A DNA stretch of 64,000 bases from an uncultured Myxococcales bacterium (GCA_965601515.1 CBFCWN010000004.1:8497-72496), one strand, 5' to 3'. Positions 1 through 8,805 are shown, numbered from the stretch's first letter. The notes: generated from the sequence alone by a model not told the origin. Numbers and translations are program-made.

Positions 1-1
1 G

Positions 2-940
2 CGATGTGGCTCAGCGGGCGTGACGATGGGGCTTCTGGTCCAGGCCGACATGGCGACTCCGGTGATCAACGATCTCGCGTCACGCGAAGTGAAGGACGAG
101 TTTCTCGCACCCGCGATCGCCGGCGATAAGATCGCCGCACTCGGTGTGAGCGAACCCGGCGCGGGCTCTGACGTCGCAGGCCTACGAACGACGGCTCGAA
201 AGGTCGGGGACGACTACGTCATCAACGGCTCGAAGACCTACATCACCAACGGCACGCGCGCAGACTTCATCACGCTGATGGTGAAGACCGACCCGGATGC
301 AGGCCACAGCGGGATTTCGATCATCGTGTGCCCGACCGACGTCGCCGGCTTCAGCATTTCGAAGAAGCTCGAGAAGGCCGGCAACTGGGCGAGCGACACG
401 GCGGAACTCTTCTTCGAAGACGTTCGTGTCCCGAGGCGCTACCTCGTCGGCCAGGAGGGCATGGGGTTCATGTACCTCATGCAGAACTTCCAGTCCGAAC
501 GACTCGTCGGATGTGTGAGCGGCCTTTCGGGCGCCAAGCTCGCGCTCGATCGTTCGGTGCAATGGGGCCGAGAGCGCGTCGCGTTCGGGAAGCCGCTCAT
601 CAAGCGCGAGTATTGGCAGCAAAAGCTCGTCGAGCTGTACACCAAGTACGAGGCCGCCAAGGCGCTCAGCTACAACGCGTGCGCCGCGTACAATGAAGAC
701 AAGTACGTGAACAGCGGGATGATCTCGATGGAGACCACCCGACTCGTGTCGATGGCCAAGGCGTACGTGGGCGACGTCACGAACGAGGTCCTCGACCAGT
801 GTGTGCAGTTCCACGGTGGCATGGGTTATCTCGAAGACCTCTGGGTCGCTCGCGCCTGGCGCGACGGCCGCCTTTTCCGCATCGGCGGGGGCACGACGGA
901 GGTGATGCGCTACGCCGTCGCTCGAATCATGGGCTTCTGA
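2..940 (+). CDS. acyl-CoA dehydrogenase, C-terminal ~310 aa (5' end lies upstream of the window)
   Basis: The frame of ORF 20..940 stays open back to nt 2. The translation has ACAD hallmarks (GVSEPGAGSDVAG, KTYITNG, FHGGMGY, RIGGGTTEV). Confidence 0.85.
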   Translation, partial: RCGSAGVTMGLLVQADMATPVINDLASREVKDEFLAPAIAGDKIAALGVSEPGAGSDVAGLRTTARKVGDDYVINGSKTYITNGTRADFITLMVKTDPDAGHSGISIIVCPTDVAGFSISKKLEKAGNWASDTAELFFEDVRVPRRYLVGQEGMGFMYLMQNFQSERLVGCVSGLSGAKLALDRSVQWGRERVAFGKPLIKREYWQQKLVELYTKYEAAKALSYNACAAYNEDKYVNSGMISMETTRLVSMAKAYVGDVTNEVLDQCVQFHGGMGYLEDLWVARAWRDGRLFRIGGGTTEVMRYAVARIMGF

Positions 941-979
941 TAACTGGCGCATTGCCTGCAAATCGACGACTCTGCGGCC

Positions 980-1531
980 ATGAGAGTCGCCTGCTGGCTG
1001 TTGTTCGTGCTCGTCGCATGCGGGAGTGAGACCTCGCCCGCGGCGTCGCCCGCCGGCGGCGGGAACGTTGCCATCGGCCCGGGGACCCGAGCCGTGGCAG
1101 GCATGGCCAGCGGCGGTTCCGCTGGAGATGCGGGAGACGCCGGAGCGGGAGGGCAAGGCGGCGCGACAACGGCGTGCACCAACGACGAAGACATCGCGGC
1201 GCTCGACTCCTCTTTCGGAGGCCGTGAAGTTGCGCGTGAGTGTCTCGTTCTCGATCTCACATGCGTCGCGCTGACGGGAGACGCCTACGAGAGCTGCATT
1301 GCGCAGTGCCTCGGCCTACGTATCCCCGACCTTTCGCTGGACTGTGGGGGGTGCTTCGCCGCTGCGACCCGGTGCGAGCTCGACAACGCCTGCACGGCCG
1401 CCTGCCGATTCGACATCTGCGGCGAGACATGCCGCGCCTGCACGCTCGAAAAGGGCTGCCTCGACGCTCTCGAAGACTGCACCGGCCTCAACGACAGCAG
1501 CTGCCCCGCGATGCCACCGATCACCAACTGA
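980..1531 (+). CDS. Cys-rich putative lipoprotein, unknown function
   Basis: N-terminus MRVACWLLFVLVACGS carries a lipobox-like LVAC. A Gly/Ala-rich linker follows, then many Cys in the C-terminal ~110 aa. No family recognised. Confidence 0.6.
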   Translation: MRVACWLLFVLVACGSETSPAASPAGGGNVAIGPGTRAVAGMASGGSAGDAGDAGAGGQGGATTACTNDEDIAALDSSFGGREVARECLVLDLTCVALTGDAYESCIAQCLGLRIPDLSLDCGGCFAAATRCELDNACTAACRFDICGETCRACTLEKGCLDALEDCTGLNDSSCPAMPPITN

Positions 1532-1599
1532 TCGCAAATCGCGCGGGTTGGTTTGTAACTCGTTGGAAGTGTTTGGGTTTTGGGGGCCCTGCGTGTCCC
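1532..1599 (-). repeat. 68-nt intergenic repeat, copy A (minus orientation)
   Basis: The reverse complement aligns without gaps to 50651..50718 (55/68 by hand count) and 61468..61535 (52/68). It fills the whole spacer between the stops at 1529..1531 (+) and 1599..1601 (-). Confidence 0.85.
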
Positions 1600-2627
1600 T
1601 ACATCGCGGCTTGGGCGTCTTCCCAGGGGTCGGTGGTGCCGATGACGTCGACGATCATGACGGCTTCGGCGGCTGCAACGTTGTCGGCGAGTGGGGTGGA
1701 GATATCGAGCCAGCCGGCAATGCGGCGCGCGATCGCCAATCGAGTCGCCCACTCGGAGCGGGCGCGCTCGAGGCTTCCCGCGTGGGTCCATCGCATGGCC
1801 CAAAGGTCGTCGGCCAGCCAGTCGCCGAACACCTGATTCGGTGACGCTGGCTCGACGACGCGGGCAGCCGCTCGCTCGAATGCGTCAGCCCACGGGCGTG
1901 CGCTCTCAGTCCTCTCGCGACGACCGACCAAAAAGCCGATTGCGTCCGCGAACCAGCGCGAGGCACACGCGGCTCGCGAGGGCCCCTGAAACTCGAGGAG
2001 CTCGTCCGCCACGTCGAGCCACGTGATGCCCTTCAGCGCCGGAAACGGTTCGGCGTCGAGCACGGAGGAGAGCTTGTCTCCGGAGAGCAACCCAGCGAGC
2101 AGCGCTTCTTCACGCCGCACGTACTCGTCGAACGAAATCGTCTCGGTATCGGTCCACTGCACTTCATCGAGCACCGCATGTTCGAACGTGAGCTCTCCCT
2201 CGGCGTCGAGCAGGTTCGGACGCGCGATGTCGGGCGTGATGGCCGGAAGAGGCCCAAGCGTCCGACACGTGCACCGATGCTGCGTCGACACCCTACCCCC
2301 TGCCGGCGTGGCCGTGAGCGCATACGGAAACTGAATACAAGGGCTTGGCTTCATCTCCGGACCGAGCTTCGAGTGAAGCGCACACCCTTCCTCGCTCCAA
2401 AACACGCAGCGCCCTGTGTCGGTTCGCATCATCATCACCGAAGCGTCTTCGCCCTCGTGCCGATCGATCGCGTCCTCCGAGATCATCGACAGCATCTCCC
2501 GGTCCTCTGCGTTGAGCGGACCAACCGCATGGATGTCGCTGCAGCAGAGTCCGTCTCCCACACAGTCGAAGCGCGCGCCGGGTCGGGTCAGGAGCGGTTC
2601 ACGGCGCGCCTTCTTCGTCATGGGCAC
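1599..2627 (-). CDS. YkgJ/UPF0153-type cysteine-cluster protein (paralog 1)
   Basis: Cys cluster FDCVGDGLCCSD ... GRCVFWSEEGCALH ... PCIQFP. It aligns along its full length with the ORF at 12122..13156. Its start overlaps the upstream channel gene by 10 nt. Confidence 0.75.
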   Translation of the reverse strand: MPMTKKARREPLLTRPGARFDCVGDGLCCSDIHAVGPLNAEDREMLSMISEDAIDRHEGEDASVMMMRTDTGRCVFWSEEGCALHSKLGPEMKPSPCIQFPYALTATPAGGRVSTQHRCTCRTLGPLPAITPDIARPNLLDAEGELTFEHAVLDEVQWTDTETISFDEYVRREEALLAGLLSGDKLSSVLDAEPFPALKGITWLDVADELLEFQGPSRAACASRWFADAIGFLVGRRERTESARPWADAFERAAARVVEPASPNQVFGDWLADDLWAMRWTHAGSLERARSEWATRLAIARRIAGWLDISTPLADNVAAAEAVMIVDVIGTTDPWEDAQAAM

Positions 2628-4123
2628 TCAAGCTCCGGCTCAGCGGAGAGGTAGAGCACCTCCATGTTGGGCTCGACCACCGTATCAGACGCAGGGTTAA
2701 TACTCTCAGCGCCGGACTCTGGGTCCTTGACTCCGATCACAAGACAGCCGTTGATCGACCTCAGCTCTCGACTCAGCCTCTCGAAGCTCATCGGCGCCTC
2801 GACGGCGAGAGTGTCTGGCATGGTTCCGACGTAGAGGTTCTGATTGCCGTCGAACACGAGGCGGCTCGTGGCGTCGGCAACCCCCGGATAGACGACCGTG
2901 TGCGCGAGCAGCGAGTAGCCCACTTTCCGGGTTTCGATCACCTCGTCGCTGCCCGCGGTTCGTGCATGCTGAACGTTCTCCGAATCGAGCACTTCGGCGA
3001 TGATTCGCACGGGTTTCTTTCGTTTCGCCGCCACCGAGCTCTTCTTCAACATCGAGCGTATGGTGAACACCGTCAGAATCGTCGTCGCGTCCGCCTGCTG
3101 AGGCACGACCCGCCTCGACCCGGTCACGATGACCGTCGACGCATATGCGACGCGCGCTTTGTCGAGCTCACTTTCCTTGGTGGGGTCTCCCTGGACCCAC
3201 ATGAACTCGGGTGGAAGTGAGTTCGGACGCTCATACGGCCCGAAGAGAACGATGCGTTGCTCCTCCGGGTTGATTTCCCCGCTGAGCACGTCGAGCAGCA
3301 TTCCGCTGCCCATCTCGTACCCGCAGACGACGATGTGATTCACGTAACCACTCATCCGAAACTGCTCCTCTCGAATACTCAATACGGCGTTGAGAAGACT
3401 ATGGCCGACGATACCGGCAAACAGCGCAAGGGTGAACAGACCGCCGATCATCATCGCACCGCCGATGACTCGCCCGACGGTCGTGACCGGCGTAATGTCT
3501 CCAAATCCGACTGTGGTGATCGTAACGAGCGCCCACCAGAGCCCGTCGCCGATCTCGTTGATCTCCGGGTTCGAGCTCCGGTCGACCAAGAACAGGCTGA
3601 TGCCGCCGAGGATGGTTTCCACGCCGAGCACGGAGAAGGCAAAGGTGAAGAGAAGCCGATCCTCCTCGAACGCCGCCATCAGCCCGCGAAACGGGTTCGC
3701 GTAGCGAAAAAGCTTGGCGGTGCGGAGGAGCCGCAGAAGACGAAGCACCCGGAGTCCGCGGAGCGCGGGCACCAACGCCAGCACCGTCAGGAGGTCGATC
3801 AGCATCATCGGCGTCAGTGCGAAGCGAATGCGACCGAGGATCTCCGTTCGTAGCCGCCCAAGCGGCGGCTTCTTGAACACCTGAATCGCGGGCGGCCGAT
3901 ACGTCAGGACTCGTGTCGTCACCTCTGCCGCGAAAAGCCACAGAATCACCTCGTCGATGCGCTCGAGAACCTCGTCCCCACGCGATCCCACCGCGAAGAA
4001 CGGCTCGGCGATCAGGACGGCGATCGACAGAAAGATCAGCGCCCAGACGACGGATTCGACGACGCGGTACGCATCCGTACGCGGGTCATGAAACGCAGCA
4101 TGCAGGATGTCGCGCACGGACAT
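2618..4123 (-). CDS. voltage-gated-type K+ channel with a C-terminal cytoplasmic RCK/TrkA-like domain
   Basis: Selectivity filter TTVGFGD, an S4-like Arg repeat LRGLRVLRLLRLLRTAKLFR, multiple TM segments, and a soluble C-terminal half (IVVCGYEMGSG...). Confidence 0.85.
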   Translation of the reverse strand: MSVRDILHAAFHDPRTDAYRVVESVVWALIFLSIAVLIAEPFFAVGSRGDEVLERIDEVILWLFAAEVTTRVLTYRPPAIQVFKKPPLGRLRTEILGRIRFALTPMMLIDLLTVLALVPALRGLRVLRLLRLLRTAKLFRYANPFRGLMAAFEEDRLLFTFAFSVLGVETILGGISLFLVDRSSNPEINEIGDGLWWALVTITTVGFGDITPVTTVGRVIGGAMMIGGLFTLALFAGIVGHSLLNAVLSIREEQFRMSGYVNHIVVCGYEMGSGMLLDVLSGEINPEEQRIVLFGPYERPNSLPPEFMWVQGDPTKESELDKARVAYASTVIVTGSRRVVPQQADATTILTVFTIRSMLKKSSVAAKRKKPVRIIAEVLDSENVQHARTAGSDEVIETRKVGYSLLAHTVVYPGVADATSRLVFDGNQNLYVGTMPDTLAVEAPMSFERLSRELRSINGCLVIGVKDPESGAESINPASDTVVEPNMEVLYLSAEPELECP

Positions 4124-4178
4124 GCGCGGCGAGCATCATTCGATGCCGACCCCGTGTCAACCGATGAGCCCGGAAGAC

Positions 4179-6398
4179 CTACTCGGCGGCGACGGGAGTC
4201 TGCTCGACTTCGTCGAGCTCGATGGCGTCGGCGAGGATCTCGGCGATGTCACGCTGCGCGATTTCCTCTTCTTTGTCCTGCGCCTTGATGCCGTCGGTCA
4301 GCATCGTCATACAGAACGGGCACCCGCTCGCGACCGTCGTGGCCCCTGTGTTGAGCAGCTGCAGCGTTCGCTTGTTGTTCACGCGCTCCTCGCCGTGCTC
4401 CTCCATCCACATCTGTGCACCGCCGGCACCGCAGCAGAGGCCGCGCTTCTTGTTCCAGTACTCGACTTCGGTCAGCTCGAGGCCTTCGATCGACTCGAGG
4501 ACCTTGCGAGGGGAGTCGTAAATCTGGTTGTACCGGCCGAGGTAGCAGCTGTCGTGGTAGACGACCTTCCCCTTCACCGGCTTCGACGGAACGAGCTTTC
4601 CAGCCACGAGAAGCCCGTTGAGGAACTCCGCGTGGTGCACGACGTCGTAGGTGCCGCCGTAGTCGCTGTATTCGTTTGCAAGCGTGTTGAAGCAGTGGGG
4701 GCACGCCGTGATGATCGTCTTGTTGGACGCGTCGTATCCGTTGAGCGTCTCGACGTTTTGCTCCGCCAGCATCTGGAAGAGGTACTCGTTGCCTGCGCGA
4801 CGCGCCGGGTCGCCGGTGCACGTCTCTTCGGTGCCGAGAATCGCGAAGTCGATGCGGGCCTTCTTGAGCAGCTTCGAGACGGCGCGGGCGACCTTCTTGG
4901 CTCGGTCGTCGAAGCTCGCCGCGCAGCCCACCCAGTAGAGCACCTCGGCGTCCGGCTTTTCGGCAAGCGTTGGGATGCCCATTCCGTCCGCCCAGTCGCC
5001 GCGGTCCATCGCGGAGATGTTCCAGGGGTTGCCGTTGGTCTCGATGCCATTGAACGCGCCCTGCAGCTCTCCAGGGAACTCGTTCTTCATCATGACCTCT
5101 TCGCGGCGCATGCCGATGATCTTGTCGACGTAGGAGATCATCACCGGGCACTGTTCCTCGCACGCACGGCAGGAGGTGCAGCTCCAAATCACGTCCGGAT
5201 GAAGGATGTTCGGCACCAGGTCGACCACGGTGTCGCCGACGAAATACGCACCCTCAGGCGCCTGCGGAAAGGTGTGAATCGGCTCTTCGCCATCGCTCTG
5301 CTTAGGCGGCTCGGCGGGCGTGTCGCTCGGCTCCTCCACCGTCGCGTCCTTGCCGAACATGTCCTTCTCGGTGGCGTACAGATGGTCACGAATCGCCAAC
5401 GTGAGATGCTTCGGCGAAAGCTTCTTGCCGGTGATGTACGCGGGACAGTTGTCGCTGCAGCGCCCGCACTCCGTGCAGGTGTACAGGTCCATGATGTGCT
5501 TGTACGTGAGGTCGGTGAGGCGGTTGATGCCGAGCGACTCTTCCCGCTCGACCTTGCCCTCGAGGTCCTCGACCTTCGGAAGCGCGTTGGGGCGCTGGTC
5601 GTAGGCGAACACATTGGGGATGACCGTGAGCACGTGGAAGTGCTTGGTGTACGGCAGGATGTTGAGGAAGATCAGGACGAATGCAGCGTGCCACCAGAAA
5701 CCGACGTGCTGTACCGCCTTGATAGTACCGACGCTCGCGCCCGAGAGGAGCTGCGACACGATGCCGCCAAAGGGCTCCCACCAGCCGGCGTGGACAGGCT
5801 CACCCGTGACGGCCGAGTCGAGCGCCAAGCTTCCGCCGACGTACATGAAGTCGGCGAGCATCATGGTGATGATGATGAATAGGATCGCGACCGGTTCGGT
5901 GAAGACGTATCGACCCACCGTGTGGGCAAGCGTCATGCGCGGCTTGTTCTTGACCTCTTTCGGATCGCCACTGTCGTTGCCGCGCTTCGCCCAGCGAAGG
6001 TAGAGAAACGCGAGCGACCCGACGATGGCCGCCGCCGCCGCCAGCTCCTTCGCGAACGAGTAGACCTTACCGACGATGTGGTTGGTATCGAGAAGCCCCC
6101 AGAAGTCGAAGGTCGTATCGAACCCTCGACCCCAGAGCATGAGGCTGTTGAGGAGAAGCACCTGGAACGCGACGAAGATGCCCACATGCGCGAAACCCGC
6201 GAGGGTGTAGTTCGGCATCTTTTTCTGCCCAAAGGCGTAGATCAGGAGCGTCTTGGTGCGGTCGGCAATCTGGCTACCTGACCATTCGAAACGCGTGTCG
6301 GGAACACCCACCGACACCTGCCGCAGGCGTCGATATGCCGACCATGAGAAAAACCCGAGCGTGCTGACCAGTAGCAGCGTCATCCAAATCGGACCCAT
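4179..6398 (-). CDS. membrane-anchored (Fe-S)-binding oxidoreductase: multi-TM N-terminus, 2x[4Fe-4S] ferredoxin, two CCG domains (HdrD/GlpC-like)
   Basis: CTECGRCSDNCP and CTSCRACEEQCP motifs. CCG-type motifs CPHCFNTL, CCGAGG and GCPFCMTM. The N-terminus is hydrophobic with conserved His. Confidence 0.85.
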   Translation of the reverse strand: MGPIWMTLLLVSTLGFFSWSAYRRLRQVSVGVPDTRFEWSGSQIADRTKTLLIYAFGQKKMPNYTLAGFAHVGIFVAFQVLLLNSLMLWGRGFDTTFDFWGLLDTNHIVGKVYSFAKELAAAAAIVGSLAFLYLRWAKRGNDSGDPKEVKNKPRMTLAHTVGRYVFTEPVAILFIIITMMLADFMYVGGSLALDSAVTGEPVHAGWWEPFGGIVSQLLSGASVGTIKAVQHVGFWWHAAFVLIFLNILPYTKHFHVLTVIPNVFAYDQRPNALPKVEDLEGKVEREESLGINRLTDLTYKHIMDLYTCTECGRCSDNCPAYITGKKLSPKHLTLAIRDHLYATEKDMFGKDATVEEPSDTPAEPPKQSDGEEPIHTFPQAPEGAYFVGDTVVDLVPNILHPDVIWSCTSCRACEEQCPVMISYVDKIIGMRREEVMMKNEFPGELQGAFNGIETNGNPWNISAMDRGDWADGMGIPTLAEKPDAEVLYWVGCAASFDDRAKKVARAVSKLLKKARIDFAILGTEETCTGDPARRAGNEYLFQMLAEQNVETLNGYDASNKTIITACPHCFNTLANEYSDYGGTYDVVHHAEFLNGLLVAGKLVPSKPVKGKVVYHDSCYLGRYNQIYDSPRKVLESIEGLELTEVEYWNKKRGLCCGAGGAQMWMEEHGEERVNNKRTLQLLNTGATTVASGCPFCMTMLTDGIKAQDKEEEIAQRDIAEILADAIELDEVEQTPVAAE

Positions 6399-6540
6399 CG
6401 TTCACTCCATGCATCGAGCGCGGAATCGGTGCGTAAGCAGTCTCGCGCTTCGGCAAGGTGTAGGGGTGGGTCGCACCGAAGTCAAATCCAGCGTCCTGGT
6501 CATTCGAGCCTGTTCTCGCGGCATCGTTTATGATGGCCAC

Positions 6541-8085
6541 GTGCGCGTTCTAGCCCTCCTTTCGCTCCTCGGCCTGAGCGCTTGTGCATCGTCGGTTCCG
6601 AGGACGGTACCGCGACTCGTCGACGGCCAAATCGAGGACGGACCTGCAGTTTCTCCGTACGCGTATGAATGGTTCATCGAAGGGGAGCGGCAGGCGGCGC
6701 GCGGGCGCCACGGAGACGCCGCGATCGCGTTCGAGACCGCGATGGCCGCCCCGACGGGCGACGTGCTGCTCCTGATGAGACTCGCAGAAGAGTACGAAGT
6801 CACCGGAGCGTCTCGGAAAGCAGACCGCGTGCTCTCCCTCGCTCGTCGCTACTACCCGCAGTCCGCTCGCGTGTCACTCGCCGAGGGCCGCATCCTTTTG
6901 CTGCGAGACGACGCCGACGGCGCCTTTGCTTCGTTCATCGTCGCGAGCCGACGCGCCCCGGGCTGGGCGGCCCCCGTGGTCGAAATGTCCACCGCTCTTG
7001 CGGCGCGCGGGCACGTCGAGCGTGCGAATGCCCTTCTTCTGGAGTTCCTAGAAGATGCGTCCGATGCGCAAGCCAACGTCGCACTGAGCGCGCTGCTCGA
7101 TCTGTCACGACGACACGAGGACGCAGAGACGTTCGGACGCGCTCTTCGCTTCGAACGAGGCTCGACTCCATCGGAGCGATCCGCAAAGGCGACACGGTTC
7201 GCGCTCTCGTCGGATCAGCCCGCCCTTGCAGCTCGGATCGCGGGACCCAATCCGGAGTCGGAAGAGGCGACGGAGCTTTGGTTGGAAGCGCTTCGGCAAA
7301 GCGGTCACCGAGCGGAAGCGGCCGACTACCTGGCATCCCCAGACGCCGCCCGCATGGCGCGGGTCGAAGACCGCGCGGCGGGTCTGGTCGAGCTGGGGGC
7401 GGAGGAACGGGCGCTCGAGCTTCTCGTCGCCGCGGATGGGACTCCCCGCGTACAGCTCTCTCGAGGCACGGCGCTGGCGGCCTCCGGCAGCTACGTCCAA
7501 GGCGCGACCGAGCTCGCCAAGGTGCCCTGGGGCTCGAGCACGTTCGAAGCGTCTAGGCTCGCCCTCGCCGAATGCACGGAGGCGAATCGACGGTCGGGCG
7601 CCGCTGCGGAGGCCTTGAGCCTGGCGCCTCACGGCTCGCTCGCGGTTCGAGAAAGGCTCGCCACGCTCCTCGTCGACAACGGAGAGCTCAACGCCGCGCT
7701 TCGCCTATTCGATCCGCGACAGTCGGCCGATCGGGCCGCACTTGCTGCGCTTTTCGAGCGTATGGGACGGTATGACGAGGCCTCGGCGTACTATGCGACC
7801 GTCCGGGCAACGACCCGAAGCGAGCCGCGACTGCGAGCTCGAACGACGGCCGAGCAGCTGGCCGCTCAGGGTCTTCGGGACAGCGCGATCACGGTCCTCG
7901 AGCAGTGGTCCGCGATGGCCCCGGAAGACCTCTATTCGCGGGCGCGCCTGATCGAGCTCCTCAACGACGAACGTCGCGTGGACGAAGCGCGTCGTCGCGG
8001 GCAAGAGGCCCTTCCACTCATCACCGACCCGAAACTCCGCGCCCACGTGCGCGGCCTCGTCGGTCCGCGAGTCGGCCGAAACTAG
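6541..8085 (+). CDS. TPR-like repeat lipoprotein
   Basis: I moved the start to the in-frame GTG at 6541, which gives VRVLALLSLLGLSAC (signal peptide plus lipobox). The rest is Ala/Leu/Arg-rich helical repeats. Confidence 0.7.
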   Translation: MRVLALLSLLGLSACASSVPRTVPRLVDGQIEDGPAVSPYAYEWFIEGERQAARGRHGDAAIAFETAMAAPTGDVLLLMRLAEEYEVTGASRKADRVLSLARRYYPQSARVSLAEGRILLLRDDADGAFASFIVASRRAPGWAAPVVEMSTALAARGHVERANALLLEFLEDASDAQANVALSALLDLSRRHEDAETFGRALRFERGSTPSERSAKATRFALSSDQPALAARIAGPNPESEEATELWLEALRQSGHRAEAADYLASPDAARMARVEDRAAGLVELGAEERALELLVAADGTPRVQLSRGTALAASGSYVQGATELAKVPWGSSTFEASRLALAECTEANRRSGAAAEALSLAPHGSLAVRERLATLLVDNGELNAALRLFDPRQSADRAALAALFERMGRYDEASAYYATVRATTRSEPRLRARTTAEQLAAQGLRDSAITVLEQWSAMAPEDLYSRARLIELLNDERRVDEARRRGQEALPLITDPKLRAHVRGLVGPRVGRN

Positions 8086-8690
8086 TATTCGCCGAAGAGG
8101 TCTTGAATGCGCACGTCGAGAGCAGTCGCGATCTTGTAAAGCGAGCTGATCGACGCGCTCGATTCCGCACGTTCGATCTGCGAGAGAAGCGAAACGCTGA
8201 GGCCGGTGCGGCGAGCCATCTGTTTGAGGGTGAGCCCGCGATCCTTGCGGAGACCACGGATGGTTTCGCCGATCACGCGGTGAAGGTTCTCTTCGGGCGT
8301 GCGCAGCAACCCCTTCTTCCGCATGACGCGGTCGAGCACTTCGCGGAACTCGTCGGGGTTGAAGGGCTTCTTGAGGTAGTCGACCGCGTCGAGCTTCATC
8401 GACTGGACGGCGGTCTCGAGCGACGGGTAGCCCGTGAAGATCACGACGGCCACGTCGCTGTCGACGCGACGGATCGCTTCGAGCACTTCGACGCCGCCCA
8501 TGCCGGGCATCATCAGGTCGAGGACGACCAGGTGATAGCCGCCGTCTTTGACCTCCTCGGGTGCATCCTTGGGGTCGGCGAGCGTGGTGACCTGGAAACC
8601 GTCCTTCGTGAGGAACGTCTCCATGAACTCCAAAATCGCCTGGTCGTCGTCGACGACGAGAACTCGAACCGGTGGTAGCGCCTTTGCCAT
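8082..8690 (-). CDS. response regulator: receiver domain fused to an XRE-type HTH
   Basis: Start set to ATG 8690 (MAKALPPVRVLVVDDD), preceded by GGAGG. Receiver motifs VVLDLMMPG and KKPF. C-terminal HTH LTLKQMARRTGLSVSLLSQIERAE. Confidence 0.85.
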   Translation of the reverse strand: MAKALPPVRVLVVDDDQAILEFMETFLTKDGFQVTTLADPKDAPEEVKDGGYHLVVLDLMMPGMGGVEVLEAIRRVDSDVAVVIFTGYPSLETAVQSMKLDAVDYLKKPFNPDEFREVLDRVMRKKGLLRTPEENLHRVIGETIRGLRKDRGLTLKQMARRTGLSVSLLSQIERAESSASISSLYKIATALDVRIQDLFGEY

Positions 8691-8700
8691 CGTGCCTCCG

Positions 8701-8718
8701 CTGCAATTGTAATTGCAG
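8701..8718. promoter_or_regulatory. perfect 8-bp-arm palindrome CTGCAATT-GT-AATTGCAG
   Basis: Seen directly. It is AT-rich in a GC-rich genome, lies 11 nt upstream of the REC-XRE start codon, and lies 14 nt downstream of the tRNA-Pro 3' end. Confidence 0.5.
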
Positions 8719-8729
8719 TGTTCAATTCT

Positions 8730-8805
<76 letters not shown>

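Noticed and set aside
4107-5882. A 591-aa ORF on the plus strand, fully antisense to the Fe-S oxidoreductase gene
   Set aside because: The translation is Arg/Ala/Leu/Val/Gly-rich with no recognisable motifs, whereas the opposite strand encodes a protein with clear Fe-S and CCG motifs. This is typical of stop-codon-poor antisense frames in GC-rich DNA.
6253-6540. N-terminal 96 codons of the ORF 6253..8085
   Set aside because: This part overlaps the divergent Fe-S oxidoreductase start and has no signal. The in-frame GTG at 6541 gives a clean lipoprotein signal peptide.
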